Source: Eledone cirrhosa (taxonomy: Eukaryota). Taken from it: a stretch of 64,000 nt of DNA. The notes beneath the pieces were generated by a model, which made no database searches, was not told where the DNA came from, and was given only the letters and a program-made list of their open reading frames with translations. The position numbers were made by a program, and so were the translations under genes. Positions 50,701 to 64,000 of the stretch are shown here, piece after piece (the stretch's first letter is position 1; every line of letters starts with the position of its first letter). The DNA lies in the NCBI GenBank assembly GCA_964016885.1, contig OZ024741.1, forward strand, positions 7,006,001 to 7,070,000. The letters are read 5' to 3'.

Positions 50701-53700
50701 GTATAAACAGGTTTAAACTAGGAGTGTTAGGTGAAGGCTATAAATAGGTTTAAACTAGGAATATTAGGTGGAGGGCATAAATAGGTTTAAACTAGGAGTG
50801 TTAAGTGGAGGGTATAAATAGGTTTAAACTAGGAGTGTTAGGTGAAGGCCATAAATAGGTTTAAACTAGGAATATTAGGTGAAGGGTATAAATAGGTTTA
50901 AACTAGGAATGTTAGGTGGAGGTTAAAAATAGGTTTAAACTAGGAATGTTAGGTGGAGGGTATAAATAGGTTTAAACTAGGAATGTTAGGTGGAGGGTAT
51001 AAATATGTTTAAACTAGGAATGTTAGGTAGAAGGTATAAATAGGTTTAAACTAGGAATGTTAAGTGGAGGGTATAAATAGGTTTAAACTAGGAATGTTAG
51101 GTGGAGGGTATAAATAGGTTTAAAGTAGGAGTGCTAGGTAGAGGGTATAAAAGGTTTAAAGTAGAAATGTTAGGTAGAGGGTATAAATAGGTTTAAAATA
51201 GGAATGTTAGGTGGAGAGTATAAATAGGTTTAAAGTAGGAATGTTAGGTAGAGGGTATAAACAGGTTTAAACTAGGAATGTTAGGTGGAGGGTATAAATA
51301 GGTTTAAACTAGAAGTGTTAGGTAGAGGGTATAAACAGGTTTAAATTAGGAATGTTAGGTTGAGGGTATAAACAGGTTTAAACTAGGAATGTTAGGTAGA
51401 GGGTATAAATAGGTTTAAACTAGGAATGTTAGGTGGAGGGTATAAATAGGTTTAAAGTAGGAATGTTAGGTGAAGGGTATAAATAGGTTTAAACTAGGAA
51501 TGTTAGGTGGAGGGTATAAATGGGTTTAAAGTAGGAATGTTAGGTGGAGGGTATAAACAGTTTTAAACTAAGAGTGTTAGGTGAAGGCTATAAATAGGTT
51601 TAAACTAGGAATACTAGGTGGAGGGTATAAATAGATTTAAACTAGGAGTGTTAGGTGGAGGGTATAAAAAGGTTTAAACTAGGATTGTTAGGTTCAGGGT
51701 ATAAATAGGTTTAAAGTAGGAATGTTAGGTAGAGTGTATAAATAGGTTTAAACTAGGAATGTTAGGTGGAGGGTATAAATAGGTTTAAACTAGGAATGTT
51801 AGGTGGAGGGTATAAATAGGTTTAAACTAGGAATGTTAGGTGGAGGGTATAAATAGTTTTCAACTAGGAATGTTAGGTAGAGGGTATAAAGAGGTTTAAA
51901 GTAGGAATGTTAGGCGGAGGGTATAAATAGGTTTAAACTAGGAATGTTAGGTAGAGGGTATAAATAGGTTTAAAGTAGGAATGTTAGGTAGAGGGTATAA
52001 ATAGGTTTAAAGTAGGAATGTTAGGTGGAGTGTATAAATAGGTATAAAGTAGGAATGTTAGGTGAAGGGTATAAACAGGTTTAAACTAGGAATGTTATGT
52101 AGAGGGTATAAACAGGTTTAAACTAGGAATGTTAGGTGGAGGGTATAAACAGTTTTAAACTAGAAATGTTAGGTAGAGGGTATAAATAGGTTTAAAGTAG
52201 GAAAATTAAGTTGAAGGTATAAACAGTTTTAAACTAGGAATGTTAGGTAGAGGGTATAAACAGGTTTAAAGTAGGAATGTTAGGTGAAGGGTATAAATAG
52301 GTTTAAACTAGGAATGTTAGGTGGAGTGTATAAATGAGTTTAAAGTAGGAATGTTAGGTGAAGGCTATAAACAGGTTTAAACTAGGAGCGTTAGATGGAG
52401 GGTATAAACAGGTTTAAACTAGCAGTGTTAGGTGAAGGGTATAAACAGGTTTAAAGTAGGAGTGTTAGGTGAAGGGTATAAATAGGTTTAAACTAGGAAT
52501 GTTAGGTGGAGGGTATAAATAGGTTTAAACTAGGAATGTTAGGTGGAGGGTATAAACAGTTTTAAACTAGGAATGTTAGGTTGAGGGTATAAACAGGTTT
52601 AAACTAGCAGTGTTAGGTGAAGGGTATAAACAGGTTTAAAGTAGGAGGGTTAGGTGAAGGGTATAAATAGGTTTAAACTAGGAATGTTAGGTGGAGGGTA
52701 TAAATAGGTTTAAACTAGGAATGTTAGGTGGAGGGTATAAACAGTTTTAAACTAGGAATGTTAGGTTGAGGGTATAAAAAGGTTTAAACTAGGAGTGTTA
52801 GGTGAAGGCTATAAATAGGTTTAAACTAGGAATATTAGGTGGAGGGTATAAATAGGTTTAAACTAGGAGTGTTAATTGGAGGGTATAAATAGGTTTAAAC
52901 TAGGAGTGTTAGGTGAAGGCCATAAATAGGTTTAAACTAGGAATATTAGGTGAAGGGTATAAATAGGTTTAAACTAGGAATGTTAGGTGGAGGTTAAAAA
53001 TAGGTTTAAACTAGGAATGTTAGGTGGAGGGTATAAATAGGTTTAAACTAGGAATGTTAGGTGGAGGGTATAAATATGTTTAAACTAGGAATGTTAGGTA
53101 GAAGGTATAAATAGGTTTAAACTAGGAATGTTAAGTGGAGGGTATAAATAGGTTTAAACTAGGAATGTTAGGTGGAGGGTATAAATAGGTTTAAATTAGG
53201 AGTGCTAGGTAGAGGGTATAAAAGGTTTAAAGTAGAAATGTTAGGTAGAGGGTATAAATAGGTTTAAACTAGGAATGTTAGGTGGAGGGTATAAATAGGT
53301 TTAAACTAGGAATGTTAGGTGGAGGGTATAAATAGGTTTAAACTAGGAGTGTTAGGTGGAGGGTATAAAGAGGTTTAAACTAGGAATGTTAGGTGGAGCG
53401 TGTAAATAGGTTTAAAGTAGGAATGTTAGGTAGAGGGTATAAATAGGTTTAAACTAAGAATGTTAGGTGGAGGGAATAAACAGGTTTAAACTAGGAATGT
53501 TAGGTGGAGTGTATAAATAGGTTTAAACTAGGAATGTTAGGTGGAGGGTATAAATAGTTTTAAACTAGGAGTGTTAGGTGAAGGCTATAAATAGGTTTAA
53601 ACTAGGAATATTAGGTGGAGGGTATAAATGGGTTTAAACTAGGAGTGTTAGGTGGAGGGTATAAAGAGGTTAAACTAGGAATGTTAGGTGGAGCGTATAA

Positions 53701-56700
53701 ATAGGTTTAAAGTAGGAATGTTAGGTAGAGGGTATAAATAGGTTTAAACTAGGAATGTTAGGTGGAGGGTATAAAGAGGTTTATACTAGGAATGTTAGGT
53801 GGAGGGTATAAATAGGTTTAAACTAGGAATGTTAGGTGGAGGGTATAAATAGTTTTAAACTAGGAGTTTTAGGTGAAGGCTATAAATAGGTTTAAACTAG
53901 GAATATTAGGTGGAGGGTATAAATAGGTTTAAACTAGGAGTGTTAGGTGGAGGGTATAAACAGGTTTAAACTAGGAATGTTAGGTTGAGGGTATAAACAG
54001 GTTTAAACTAGGAGTGTTAGGTGAAGGCTATAAATAGGTTTAAACTAGGAATATTAGGTGGAGGGTATAAATAGGTTTAAACTAGGAGTGTTAATTGGAG
54101 GGTATAAATAGGTTTAAACTAGGAGTGTTAGGTGAAGGCCATAAATAGGTTTAAACTAGGAATATTAGGTGAAGGGTATAAATAGGTTTAAACTAGGAAT
54201 GTTAGGTGGAGGTTAAAAATAGGTTTAAACTAGGAATGTTAGGTGGAGGGTATAAATATGTTTAAACTAGGAATGTTAGGTAGAAGGTATAAATAGGTTT
54301 AAACTAGGAATGTTAAGTGGAGGGTATAAATAGGTTTAAACTAGGAATGTTAGGTTGAGGGTATAAATAGGTTTAAAGTAGGAGTGCTAGGTAGAGGGTA
54401 TAAAAGGTTTAAAGTAGAAATGTTAGGTAGAGGGTATAAATAGGTTTAAAATAGGAATGTTAGGTGGAGGGTATAAATAGGTTTAAAGTAGGAATGTTAG
54501 GTAGAGGGTATAAACAGGTTTAAACTAGGAATGTTAGGTGGAGGGTATAAATAGGTTTAAACTAGGAATGTTAGGTGGAGGGTATAAATGGGTTTAAAGT
54601 AGGAATGTTAGGTGGAGGGTATAAACAGTTTTAAACTAAGAGTGTTAGGTGAAGGCTATAAATAGGTTTAAACTAGGAATACTAGGTGGAGGGTATAAAT
54701 AGATTTAAACTAGGAGTGTTAGGTGGAGGGTATAAATAGGTTTAAACTAGGATTGTTAGGTTCAGGGTATAAATAGGTTTAAAGTAGGAATGTTAGGTAG
54801 AGTGTATAAATAGGTTTAAACTAGGAATGTTAGGTGGAGGGTATAAATAGGTTTAAACTAGGAATGTTAGGTGGAGGGTATAAATGGGTTTAAAGTAGGC
54901 ATGTTAGGTGAAGGCTATAAACAGGTTTAAACTAGGAATATTAGGTGGAGGGTATAAATAGGTTTAAACTAGGAGTGTTAGTTGGATGGTATAAATAGGT
55001 TTAAACTAGGAATGTTAGGTGGAGGGTATAAATAGGTTTAAACTAGGAATGTTAGGTGGAGGGTATAAACAGTTTTAAACTTGGAATGTTAGGTAGAGGG
55101 TATAAAGAGGTTTAAAGTAGGAATGTTAGGCGGAGGGTATAAATAGGTTTAAACTAGGAACGTTAGGTAGAGGGTATAAACAGCTTTAAAGTAGGAATGT
55201 TAGGTAGAGGGTATAAATAGGTTTAAAGTAGGAATGTTAGGTGGAGGGTATAAATAGGTTTAAAGTAGGAGTGTTAGGTGAACGGTATAAATAGGTTTAA
55301 AGTAGGAAAGTTAGGTGAAGGGTATAAATAGGTTTAAACAAGGAATGTCAGGTGCAGGGTATAAACAGGTTTAAACTAAGAATGTTAGGTGAAGGGTATA
55401 AATATGTTTAAACTAGGAGTGTTAGGTAGAAGGTATAAATAGGTTTAAACTAGGAATATTAGGTGGAGGGTATAAATAAGTTTAAACTAGGAGTGTTAGG
55501 TGAAGGCTATAAATAGGTTTAAACTAGCAATGTCAGGTGCAGGGTATAAATAGGTTTAAACTAAGAGTGTTAGGTGAAGGGTATAAATAGGTTTAAACTA
55601 GGAGTGTTAGGTGAAGGCTATAAATAGGTTTAAACTAGGAATATTAGGTGGAGGGTATAAATAGGTTTAAACTAGGAATGTTAGGTGGAGGGTACAAATA
55701 GGTTTAAACTAGGAGTGTTAGGTGAAGGCTATAAATAGGTTTAAACTAGGAATATTAGGTGGAGGGTATAAATAGGTTTAAACTAGGAATGTTAGGTGGA
55801 GGGTACAAATAGGTTTAAACTAGGAGTGTTAGGTGAAGACTATAAATAGGTTTAAACTATGAATATTAAGTGGAGGGTATAAATAGGTTTAAACTAGGAG
55901 TGTTAGGTGGAGGGTATAAACAGGTTTAAACTAGGAATGTTAGGTTGAGGGTATAAAAAGGTTTAAACTAGGAGTGTTAGGTGAAGGCTATAAATATGTT
56001 TAAACTAGGAATATTAGGTGGAGGGTATAAATAGGTTTAAACTAGGAGTGTTAGGTGGAGGGTATAAACAGGTTTAAACTAGGAGTGTTAAATGAAGGCC
56101 ATAAATAGGTTTAAACTAGGAATATTAGGTGGAGGATATAAATAGGTTTAAACTAGGAATGTTAGGTGGAGGTTAGAAATAGGTTTAAACTAGGAATATC
56201 AGGTGGAGGGTATAAATAGGTTTAAACTAGGAATGTTAGGTGGAGGGTATAAATATGTTTAAACTAGGAATGTTAGGTAGAAGGTATAAATAGGTTTAAA
56301 CTAGGAATGTTAGGTGGAGGGTATAAATAGGTTTAAACTAGGAGTGTTAGGTGGAGGGTATAAAGAGGTTTAAACTAGGAATGTTAGGTGGAGCGTGTAA
56401 ATAGGTTTAAAGTAGGAATGTTAGGTAGAGGGTATAAATAGGTTTAAACTAAGAATGTTAGGTGGAGGGAATAAACAGGTTCAAACTAGGAATGTTAGGT
56501 GGAGTGTATAAATAGGTTTAAACTAGGAATGTTAGGTGGAGGGTATAAATAGTTTTAAACTAGGAGTGTTAGGTGAAGGCTATAAATAGGTTTAAACTAG
56601 GAATATTAGGTGGAGGGTATAAATAGGTTTAAACTAGGAGTGTTAGGTGGAGGGTATAAAGAGGTTAAACTAGGAATGTTAGGTGGAGCGTATAAATAGG

Positions 56701-59700
56701 TTTAAAGTAGGAATGTTAGGTAGAGGCTATAAAAAGGTTTAAACTAGGAATGTTAGGTGGAGGGTATAAATAGGTTTATACTAGGAATGTTAGGTGGAGG
56801 GTATAAATAGGTTTAAACTAGGAATGTTAGGTGGAGGGTATAAATAGTTTTAAACTAGGAGTTTTAGGTGAAGGCTATAAATAGGTTTAAACTAGGAATA
56901 TTAGGTGGAGGGTATAAATAGGTTTAAACTAGGAGTGTTAGGTGGAGGGTATAAACAGGTTTAAACTAGGAATGTTAGGTTGAGGGTATAAACAGGTTTA
57001 AACTAGGAGTGTTAGGTGAAGGCTATAAATAGGTTTAAACTAGGAATATTAGGTGGAGGGTATAAATAGGTTTAAACTAGGAGTGTTAAGTGGAGGGTAT
57101 AAATAGGTTTAAACTAGGAGTGTTAGGTGAAGGCCATAAATAGGTTTAAACTAGGAATATTAGGTGAAGGGTATAAATAGGTTTAAACTAGGAATGTTAG
57201 GTGGAGGTTAAAAATAGGTTTAAACTAGGAATGTTAGGTGGAGGGTATAAATAGGTTTAAACTAGGAATGTTAGGTGGAGGGTATAAATATGTTTAAACT
57301 AGGAATGTTAGGTAGAAGGTATAAATAGGTTTAAACTAGGAATGTTAAGTGGAGGGTATAAATAGGTTTAAACTAGGAATGTTAGGTGGAGGGTATAAAT
57401 AGGTTTAAAGTAGGAGTGCTAGGTAGAGGGTATAAAAGGTTTAAAGTAGAAATGTTAGGTAGAGGGTATAAATAGGTTTAAAATAGGAATGTTAGGTGGA
57501 GAGTATAAATAGGTTTAAAGTAGGAATGTTAGGTAGAGGGTATAAACAGGTTTAAACTAGGAATGTTAGGTGGAGGGTATAAATAGGTTTAAACTAGAAG
57601 TGTTAGGTAGAGGGTATAAACAGGTTTAAAGTAGGAATGTTAGGTTGAGGGTATAAACAGGTTTAAACTAGGAATGTTAGGTAGAGGGTATAAATAGGTT
57701 TAAACTAGGAATGTTAGGTGGAGGGTATAAATAGGTTTAAAGTAGGAATGTTAGGTGAAGGGTATAAATAGGTTTAAACTAGGAATGTTAGGTGGAGGGT
57801 ATAAATGGGTTTAAAGTAGGAATGTTAGGTGGAGGGTATAAACAGTTTTAAACTAAGAGTGTTAGGTGAAGGCTATAAACAGGTTTAAACTAGGAATACT
57901 AGGTGGAGGGTATAAATAGATTTAAACTAGGAGTGTTAGGTGGAGGGTATAAAAAGGTTTAAACTAGGATTGTTAGGTTCAGGGTATAAATAGGTTTAAA
58001 GTAGGAATGTTAGGTAGAGTGTATAAATAGGTTTAAACTAGGAATGTTAGGTGGAGGGTATAAATAGGTTTAAACTAGGAATGTTAGGTGGAGGGTATAA
58101 ATAGGTTTAAACTAGGAATGTTAGGTGGAGGGTATAAATAGTTTTCAACTAGGAATGTTAGGTAGAGGGTATAAAGAGGTTTAAAGTAGGAATGTTAGGC
58201 GGAGGGTATAAATAGGTTTAAACTAGGAATGTTAGGTAGAGGGTATAAATAGGTTTAAAGTAGGAATGTTAGGTAGAGGGTATAAATAGGTTTAAAGTAG
58301 GAATGTTAGGTGGAGTGTATAAATAGGTATAAAGTAGGAATGTTAGGTGAAGGGTATAAACAGGTTTAAACTAGGAATGTTATGTAGAGGGTATAAACAG
58401 GTTTAAACTAGGAATGTTAGGTGGAGGGTATAAACAGTTTTAAACTAGAAATGTTAGGTAGAGGGTATAAATAGGTTTAAAGTAGGAAAATTAAGTTGAA
58501 GGTATAAACAGTTTTAAACTAGGAATGTTAGGTAGAGGGTATAAACAGGTTTAAAGTAGGAATGTTAGGTGAAGGGTATAAATAGGTTTAAACTAGGAAT
58601 GTTAGGTGGAGGGTATAAATGAGTTTAAAGTAGGAATGTTAGGTGAAGGCTATAAACAGGTTTAAACTAGGAGCGTTAGGTGGAGGGTATAAACAGGTTT
58701 AAACTAGCAGTGTTAGGTGAAGGGTATAAACAGGTTTAAAGTAGGAGTGTTAGGTGAAGGGTATAAATAGGTTTAAACTAGGAATGTTAGGTGGAGGGTA
58801 TAAATAGGTTTAAACTAGGAATGTTAGGTGGAGGGTATAAACAGTTTTAAACTAGGAATGTTAGGTTGAGGGTATAAACAGGTTTAAACTAGCAGTGTTA
58901 GGTGAAGGGTATAAACAGGTTTAAAGTAGGAGGGTTAGGTGAAGGGTATAAATAGGTTTAAACTAGGAATGTTAGGTGGAGGGTATAAAAAGGTTTAAAC
59001 TAGGAGTGTTAGGTGAAGGCTATAAATAGGTTTAAACTAGGAATATTAGGTGGAGGGTATAAATAGGTTTAAACTAGGAGTGTTAATTGGAGGGTATAAA
59101 TAGGTTTAAACTAGGAGTGTTAGGTGAAGGCCATAAATAGGTTTAAACTAGGAATATTAGGTGAAGGGTATAAATAGGTTTAAACTAGGAATGTTAGGTG
59201 GAGGTTAAAAATAGGTTTAAACTAGGAATGTTAGGTGGAGGGTATAAATAGGTTTAAACTAGGAATGTTAGGTGGAGGGTATAAATATGTTTAAACTAGG
59301 AATGTTAGGTAGAAGGTATAAATAGGTTTAAACTAGGAATGTTAGGTGGAGGGTATAAATAGGTTTAAACTAGGAATGTTAGGTGGAGGGTATAAATAGG
59401 TTTAAAGTAGGAGTGCTAGGTAGAGGGTATAAAAGGTTTAAAGTAGAAATGTTAGGTAGAGGGTATAAATAGGTTTAAAATAGGAATGTTAGGTGGAGGG
59501 TATAAATAGGTTTAAAGTAGGAATGTTAGGTAGAGGGTATAAACAGGTTTAAACTAGGAATGTTAGGTGGAGGGTATAAATAGGTTTAAACTTGGAATGT
59601 TAGGTGGAGGGTATAAATAGGTTTAAAGTAGAAATGTTAGGTGAAGGGTATGAATAGGTTTAAACTAGGAATGTTAGGTGGAGGGTATAAATGGGTTTAA

Positions 59701-62700
59701 AGTAGGAATGTTAGGTGGAGGGTATAAACAGTTTTAAACTAAGAGTGTTAGGTGAAGGCTATAAATAGGTTTAAACTAGGAATACTAGGTGGAGGGTATA
59801 AATAGATTTAAACTAGGAGTGTTAGGTGGAGGGTATAAATAGGTTTAAACTAGGATTGTTAGGTTCAGGGTATAAATAGGTTTAAAGTAGGAATGTTAGG
59901 TAGAGTGTATAAATAGGTTTAAACTAGGAATGTTAGGTGGAGGGTATAAATAGGTTTAAACTAGGAATGTTAGGTGGAGGGTATAAATGGGTTTAAAGTA
60001 GGCATGTTAGGTGAAGGCTATAAACAGGTTTAAACTAGGAATATTAGGTGGAGGGTATAAATAGGTTTAAACTAGGAGTGTTAGTTGGATGGTATAAATA
60101 GGTTTAAACTAGGAATGTTAGGTGGAGGGTATAAATAGGTTTAAACTAGGAATGTTAGGTGGAGGGTATAAACAGTTTTAAACTTGGAATGTTAGGTAGA
60201 GGGTATAAAGAGGTTTAAAGTAGGAATGTTAGGCGGAGGGTATAAATAGGTTTAAACTAGGAACGTTAGGTAGAGGGTATAAACAGCTTTAAAGTAGGAA
60301 TGTTAGGTAGAGGGTATAAATAGATTTAAAGTAGGAATGTTAGGTGGAGGGTATAAATAGGTTTAAAGTAGGAGTGTTAGGTGAACGGTATAAATAGGTT
60401 TAAAGTAGGAAAGTTAGGTGAAGGGTATAAATAGGTTTAAACAAGGAATGTCAGGTGCAGGGTATAAACAGGTTTAAACTAAGAATGTTAGGTGAAGGGT
60501 ATAAATATGTTTAAACTAGGAGTGTTAGGTAGAAGGTATAAATAGGTTTAAACTAGGAATATTAGGTGGAGGGTATAAATAAGTTTAAACTAGGAGTGTT
60601 AGGTGAAGGCTATAAATAGGTTTAAACTAGCAATGTCAGGTGCAGGGTATAAATAGGTTTAAACTAAGAGTGTTAGGTGAAGGGTATAAATAGGTTTAAA
60701 CTAGGAGTGTTAGGTGAAGGCTATAAATAGGTTTAAACTTAGAATATTAGGTGGAGGGTATAAATAGGTTTAAACTAGGAATGTTAGGTGGAGGGTACAA
60801 ATAGGTTTAAACTAGGAGTGTTAGGTGAAGGCTATAAATAGGTTTAAACTAGGAATATTAGGTGGAGGGTATAAATAGGTTTAAACTAGGAATGTTAGGT
60901 GGAGGGTACAAATAGGTTTAAACTAGGAGTGTTAGGTGAAGACTATAAATAGGTTTAAACTATGAATATTAAGTGGAGGGTATAAATAGGTTTAAACTAG
61001 CAGTGTTAGGTGGAGGGTATAAACAGGTTTAAACTAGGAATGTTAGGTTGAGGGTATAAAAAGGTTTAAACTAGGAGTGTTAGGTGAAGGCTATAAATAT
61101 GTTTAAACTAGGAATATTAGGTGGAGGGTATAAATAGGTTTAAACTAGGAGTGTTAGGTGGAGGGTATAAACAGGTTTAAACTAGGAGTGTTAAATGAAG
61201 GCCATAAACAGGTTTAAACTAGGAATATTAGGTGGAGGATATAAATAGGTTTAAACTAGGAATGTTAGGTGGAGGTTAGAAATAGGTTTAAACTAGGAAT
61301 ATCAGGTGAAGGGTATAAATAGGTTTAAACTAGGAATGTTAGGTGGAGGTTAAAAATAGGTTTAAACTAGGAATGTTAGGTGGAGGGTATAAATAGGTTT
61401 AAACTAGGAATGTTAGGTGGAGGGTATAAATATGTTTAAACTAGGAATGTTAGGTAGAAGGTATAAATAGGTTTAAACTAGGAATGTTAAGTGGAGGGTA
61501 TAAATAGGTTTAAACTAGGAATGTTAGGTGGAGGGTATAAATAGGTTTAAAGTAGGAGTGCTAGGTAGAGGGTATAAAAGGTTTAAAGTAGAAATGTTAG
61601 GTAGAGGGTATAAATAGGTTTAAAATAGGAATGTTAGGTGGAGAGTATAAATAGGTTTAAAGTAGGAATGTTAGGTAGAGGGTATAAACAGGTTTAAACT
61701 AGGAATGTTAGGTGGAGGGTATAAATAGGTTTAAACTAGAAGTGTTAGGTAGAGGGTATAAACAGGTTTAAATTAGGAATGTTAGGTTGAGGGTATAAAC
61801 AGGTTTAAACTAGGAATGTTAGGTAGAGGGTATAAATAGGTTTAAACTAGGAATGTTAGGTGGAGGGTATAAATAGGTTTAAAGTAGGAATGTTAGGTGA
61901 AGGGTATAAATAGGTTTAAACTAGGAATGTTAGGTGGAGGGTATAAATGGGTTTAAAGTAGGAATGTTAGGTGGAGGGTATAAACAGTTTTAAACTAAGA
62001 GTGTTAGGTGAAGGCTATAAATAGGTTTAAACTAGGAATACTAGGTGGAGGGTATAAATAGATTTAAACTAGGAGTGTTAGGTGGAGGGTATAAAAAGGT
62101 TTAAACTAGGATTGTTAGGTTCAGGGTATAAATAGGTTTAAAGTAGGAATGTTAGGTAGAGTGTATAAATAGGTTTAAACTAGGAATGTTAGGTGGAGGG
62201 TATAAATAGGTTTAAACTAGGAATGTTAGGTGGAGGGTATAAATAGGTTTAAACTAGGAATGTTAGGTGGAGGGTATAAATAGTTTTCAACTAGGAATGT
62301 TAGGTAGAGGGTATAAAGAGGTTTAAAGTAGGAATGTTAGGCGGAGGGTATAAATAGGTTTAAACTAGGAATGTTAGGTAGAGGGTATAAATAGGTTTAA
62401 AGTAGGAATGTTAGGTAGAGGGTATAAATAGGTTTAAAGTAGGAATGTTAGGTGGAGTGTATAAATAGGTATAAAGTAGGAATGTTAGGTGAAGGGTATA
62501 AACAGGTTTAAACTAGGAATGTTATGTAGAGGGTATAAACAGGTTTAAACTAGGAATGTTAGGTGGAGGGTATAAACAGTTTTAAACTAGAAATGTTAGG
62601 TAGAGGGTATAAATAGGTTTAAAGTAGGAAAATTAAGTTGAAGGTATAAACAGTTTTAAACTAGGAATGTTAGGTAGAGGGTATAAACAGGTTTAAAGTA

Positions 62701-64000
62701 GGAATGTTAGGTGAAGGGTATAAATAGGTTTAAACTAGGAATGTTAGGTGGAGTGTATAAATGAGTTTAAAGTAGGAATGTTAGGTGAAGGCTATAAACA
62801 GGTTTAAACTAGGAGCGTTAGATGGAGGGTATAAACAGGTTTAAACTAGCAGTGTTAGGTGAAGGGTATAAACAGGTTTAAAGTAGGAGTGTTAGGTGAA
62901 GGGTATAAATAGGTTTAAACTAGGAATGTTAGGTGGAGGGTATAAATAGGTTTAAACTAGGAATGTTAGGTGGAGGGTATAAACAGTTTTAAACTAGGAA
63001 TGTTAGGTTGAGGGTATAAACAGGTTTAAACTAGCAGTGTTAGGTGAAGGGTATAAACAGGTTTAAAGTAGGAGGGTTAGGTGAAGGGTATAAATAGGTT
63101 TAAACTAGGAATGTTAGGTGGAGGGTATAAATAGGTTTAAACTAGGAATGTTAGGTGGAGGGTATAAACAGTTTTAAACTAGGAATGTTAGGTTGAGGGT
63201 ATAAAAAGGTTTAAACTAGGAGTGTTAGGTGAAGGCTATAAATAGGTTTAAACTAGGAATATTAGGTGGAGGGTATAAATAGGTTTAAACTAGGAGTGTT
63301 AATTGGAGGGTATAAATAGGTTTAAACTAGGAGTGTTAGGTGAAGGCCATAAATAGGTTTAAACTAGGAATATTAGGTGAAGGGTATAAATAGGTTTAAA
63401 CTAGGAATGTTAGGTGGAGGTTAAAAATAGGTTTAAACTAGGAATGTTAGGTGGAGGGTATAAATAGGTTTAAACTAGGAATGTTAGGTGGAGGGTATAA
63501 ATATGTTTAAACTAGGAATGTTAGGTAGAAGGTATAAATAGGTTTAAACTAGGAATGTTAAGTGGAGGGTATAAATAGGTTTAAACTAGGAATGTTAGGT
63601 GGAGGGTATAAATAGGTTTAAATTAGGAGTGCTAGGTAGAGGGTATAAAAGGTTTAAAGTAGAAATGTTAGGTAGAGGGTATAAATAGGTTTAAACTAGG
63701 AATGTTAGGTGGAGGGTATAAATAGGTTTAAACTAGGAATGTTAGGTGGAGGGTATAAATAGGTTTAAACTAGGAGTGTTAGGTGGAGGGTATAAAGAGG
63801 TTTAAACTAGGAATGTTAGGTGGAGCGTGTAAATAGGTTTAAAGTAGGAATGTTAGGTAGAGGGTATAAATAGGTTTAAACTAAGAATGTTAGGTGGAGG
63901 GAATAAACAGGTTTAAACTAGGAATGTTAGGTGGAGTGTATAAATAGGTTTAAACTAGGAATGTTAGGTGGAGGGTATAAATAGTTTTAAACTAGGAGTG
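44791..64000. repeat. 37-bp satellite DNA, about 520 monomers visible, continuing past the window end
   Basis: Consensus GTTTAAACTAGGAATGTTAGGTGGAGGGTATAAATAG; spacing checked at 45497 and 45534. Confidence 0.98.

Noticed and set aside
44791-64000. True telomeric repeat
   Set aside because: TTAGG occurs once per 37-bp monomer; there is no tandem (TTAGGG)n or (TTAGG)n

Overview
Eukaryotic, very repeat-rich window with no supportable host protein-coding gene. The SINE style and microsatellite content suggest a cephalopod (Octopus-like) genome; this is an inference. Almost every long ORF in the track is a translation of simple repeats. Real content: (1) long trinucleotide mosaics and (TA)n/(CATA)n arrays; (2) 58-, 48- and 32-bp minisatellites and a >19 kb 37-bp satellite with higher-order structure (44791 to the window end); (3) an RTE-clade LINE with three C-terminal C2H2 fingers plus five related short copies, all on the minus strand inside CATA/TA-type arrays, two of them a ~610-bp bipartite non-autonomous element; (4) several Penelope-like element (PLE) pieces, including a near-complete RT + GIY-YIG ORF, and nine minimal hammerhead ribozyme motifs (six with intact cores), often in back-to-back pairs that appear to join different families; (5) fragments of R4/Dong-, CRE-, Tx1-, CR1- and a second RTE-type LINE, a non-autonomous Helitron and about 12 tRNA-derived SINEs. 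Family assignments come from motif recognition by eye, not from database searches.
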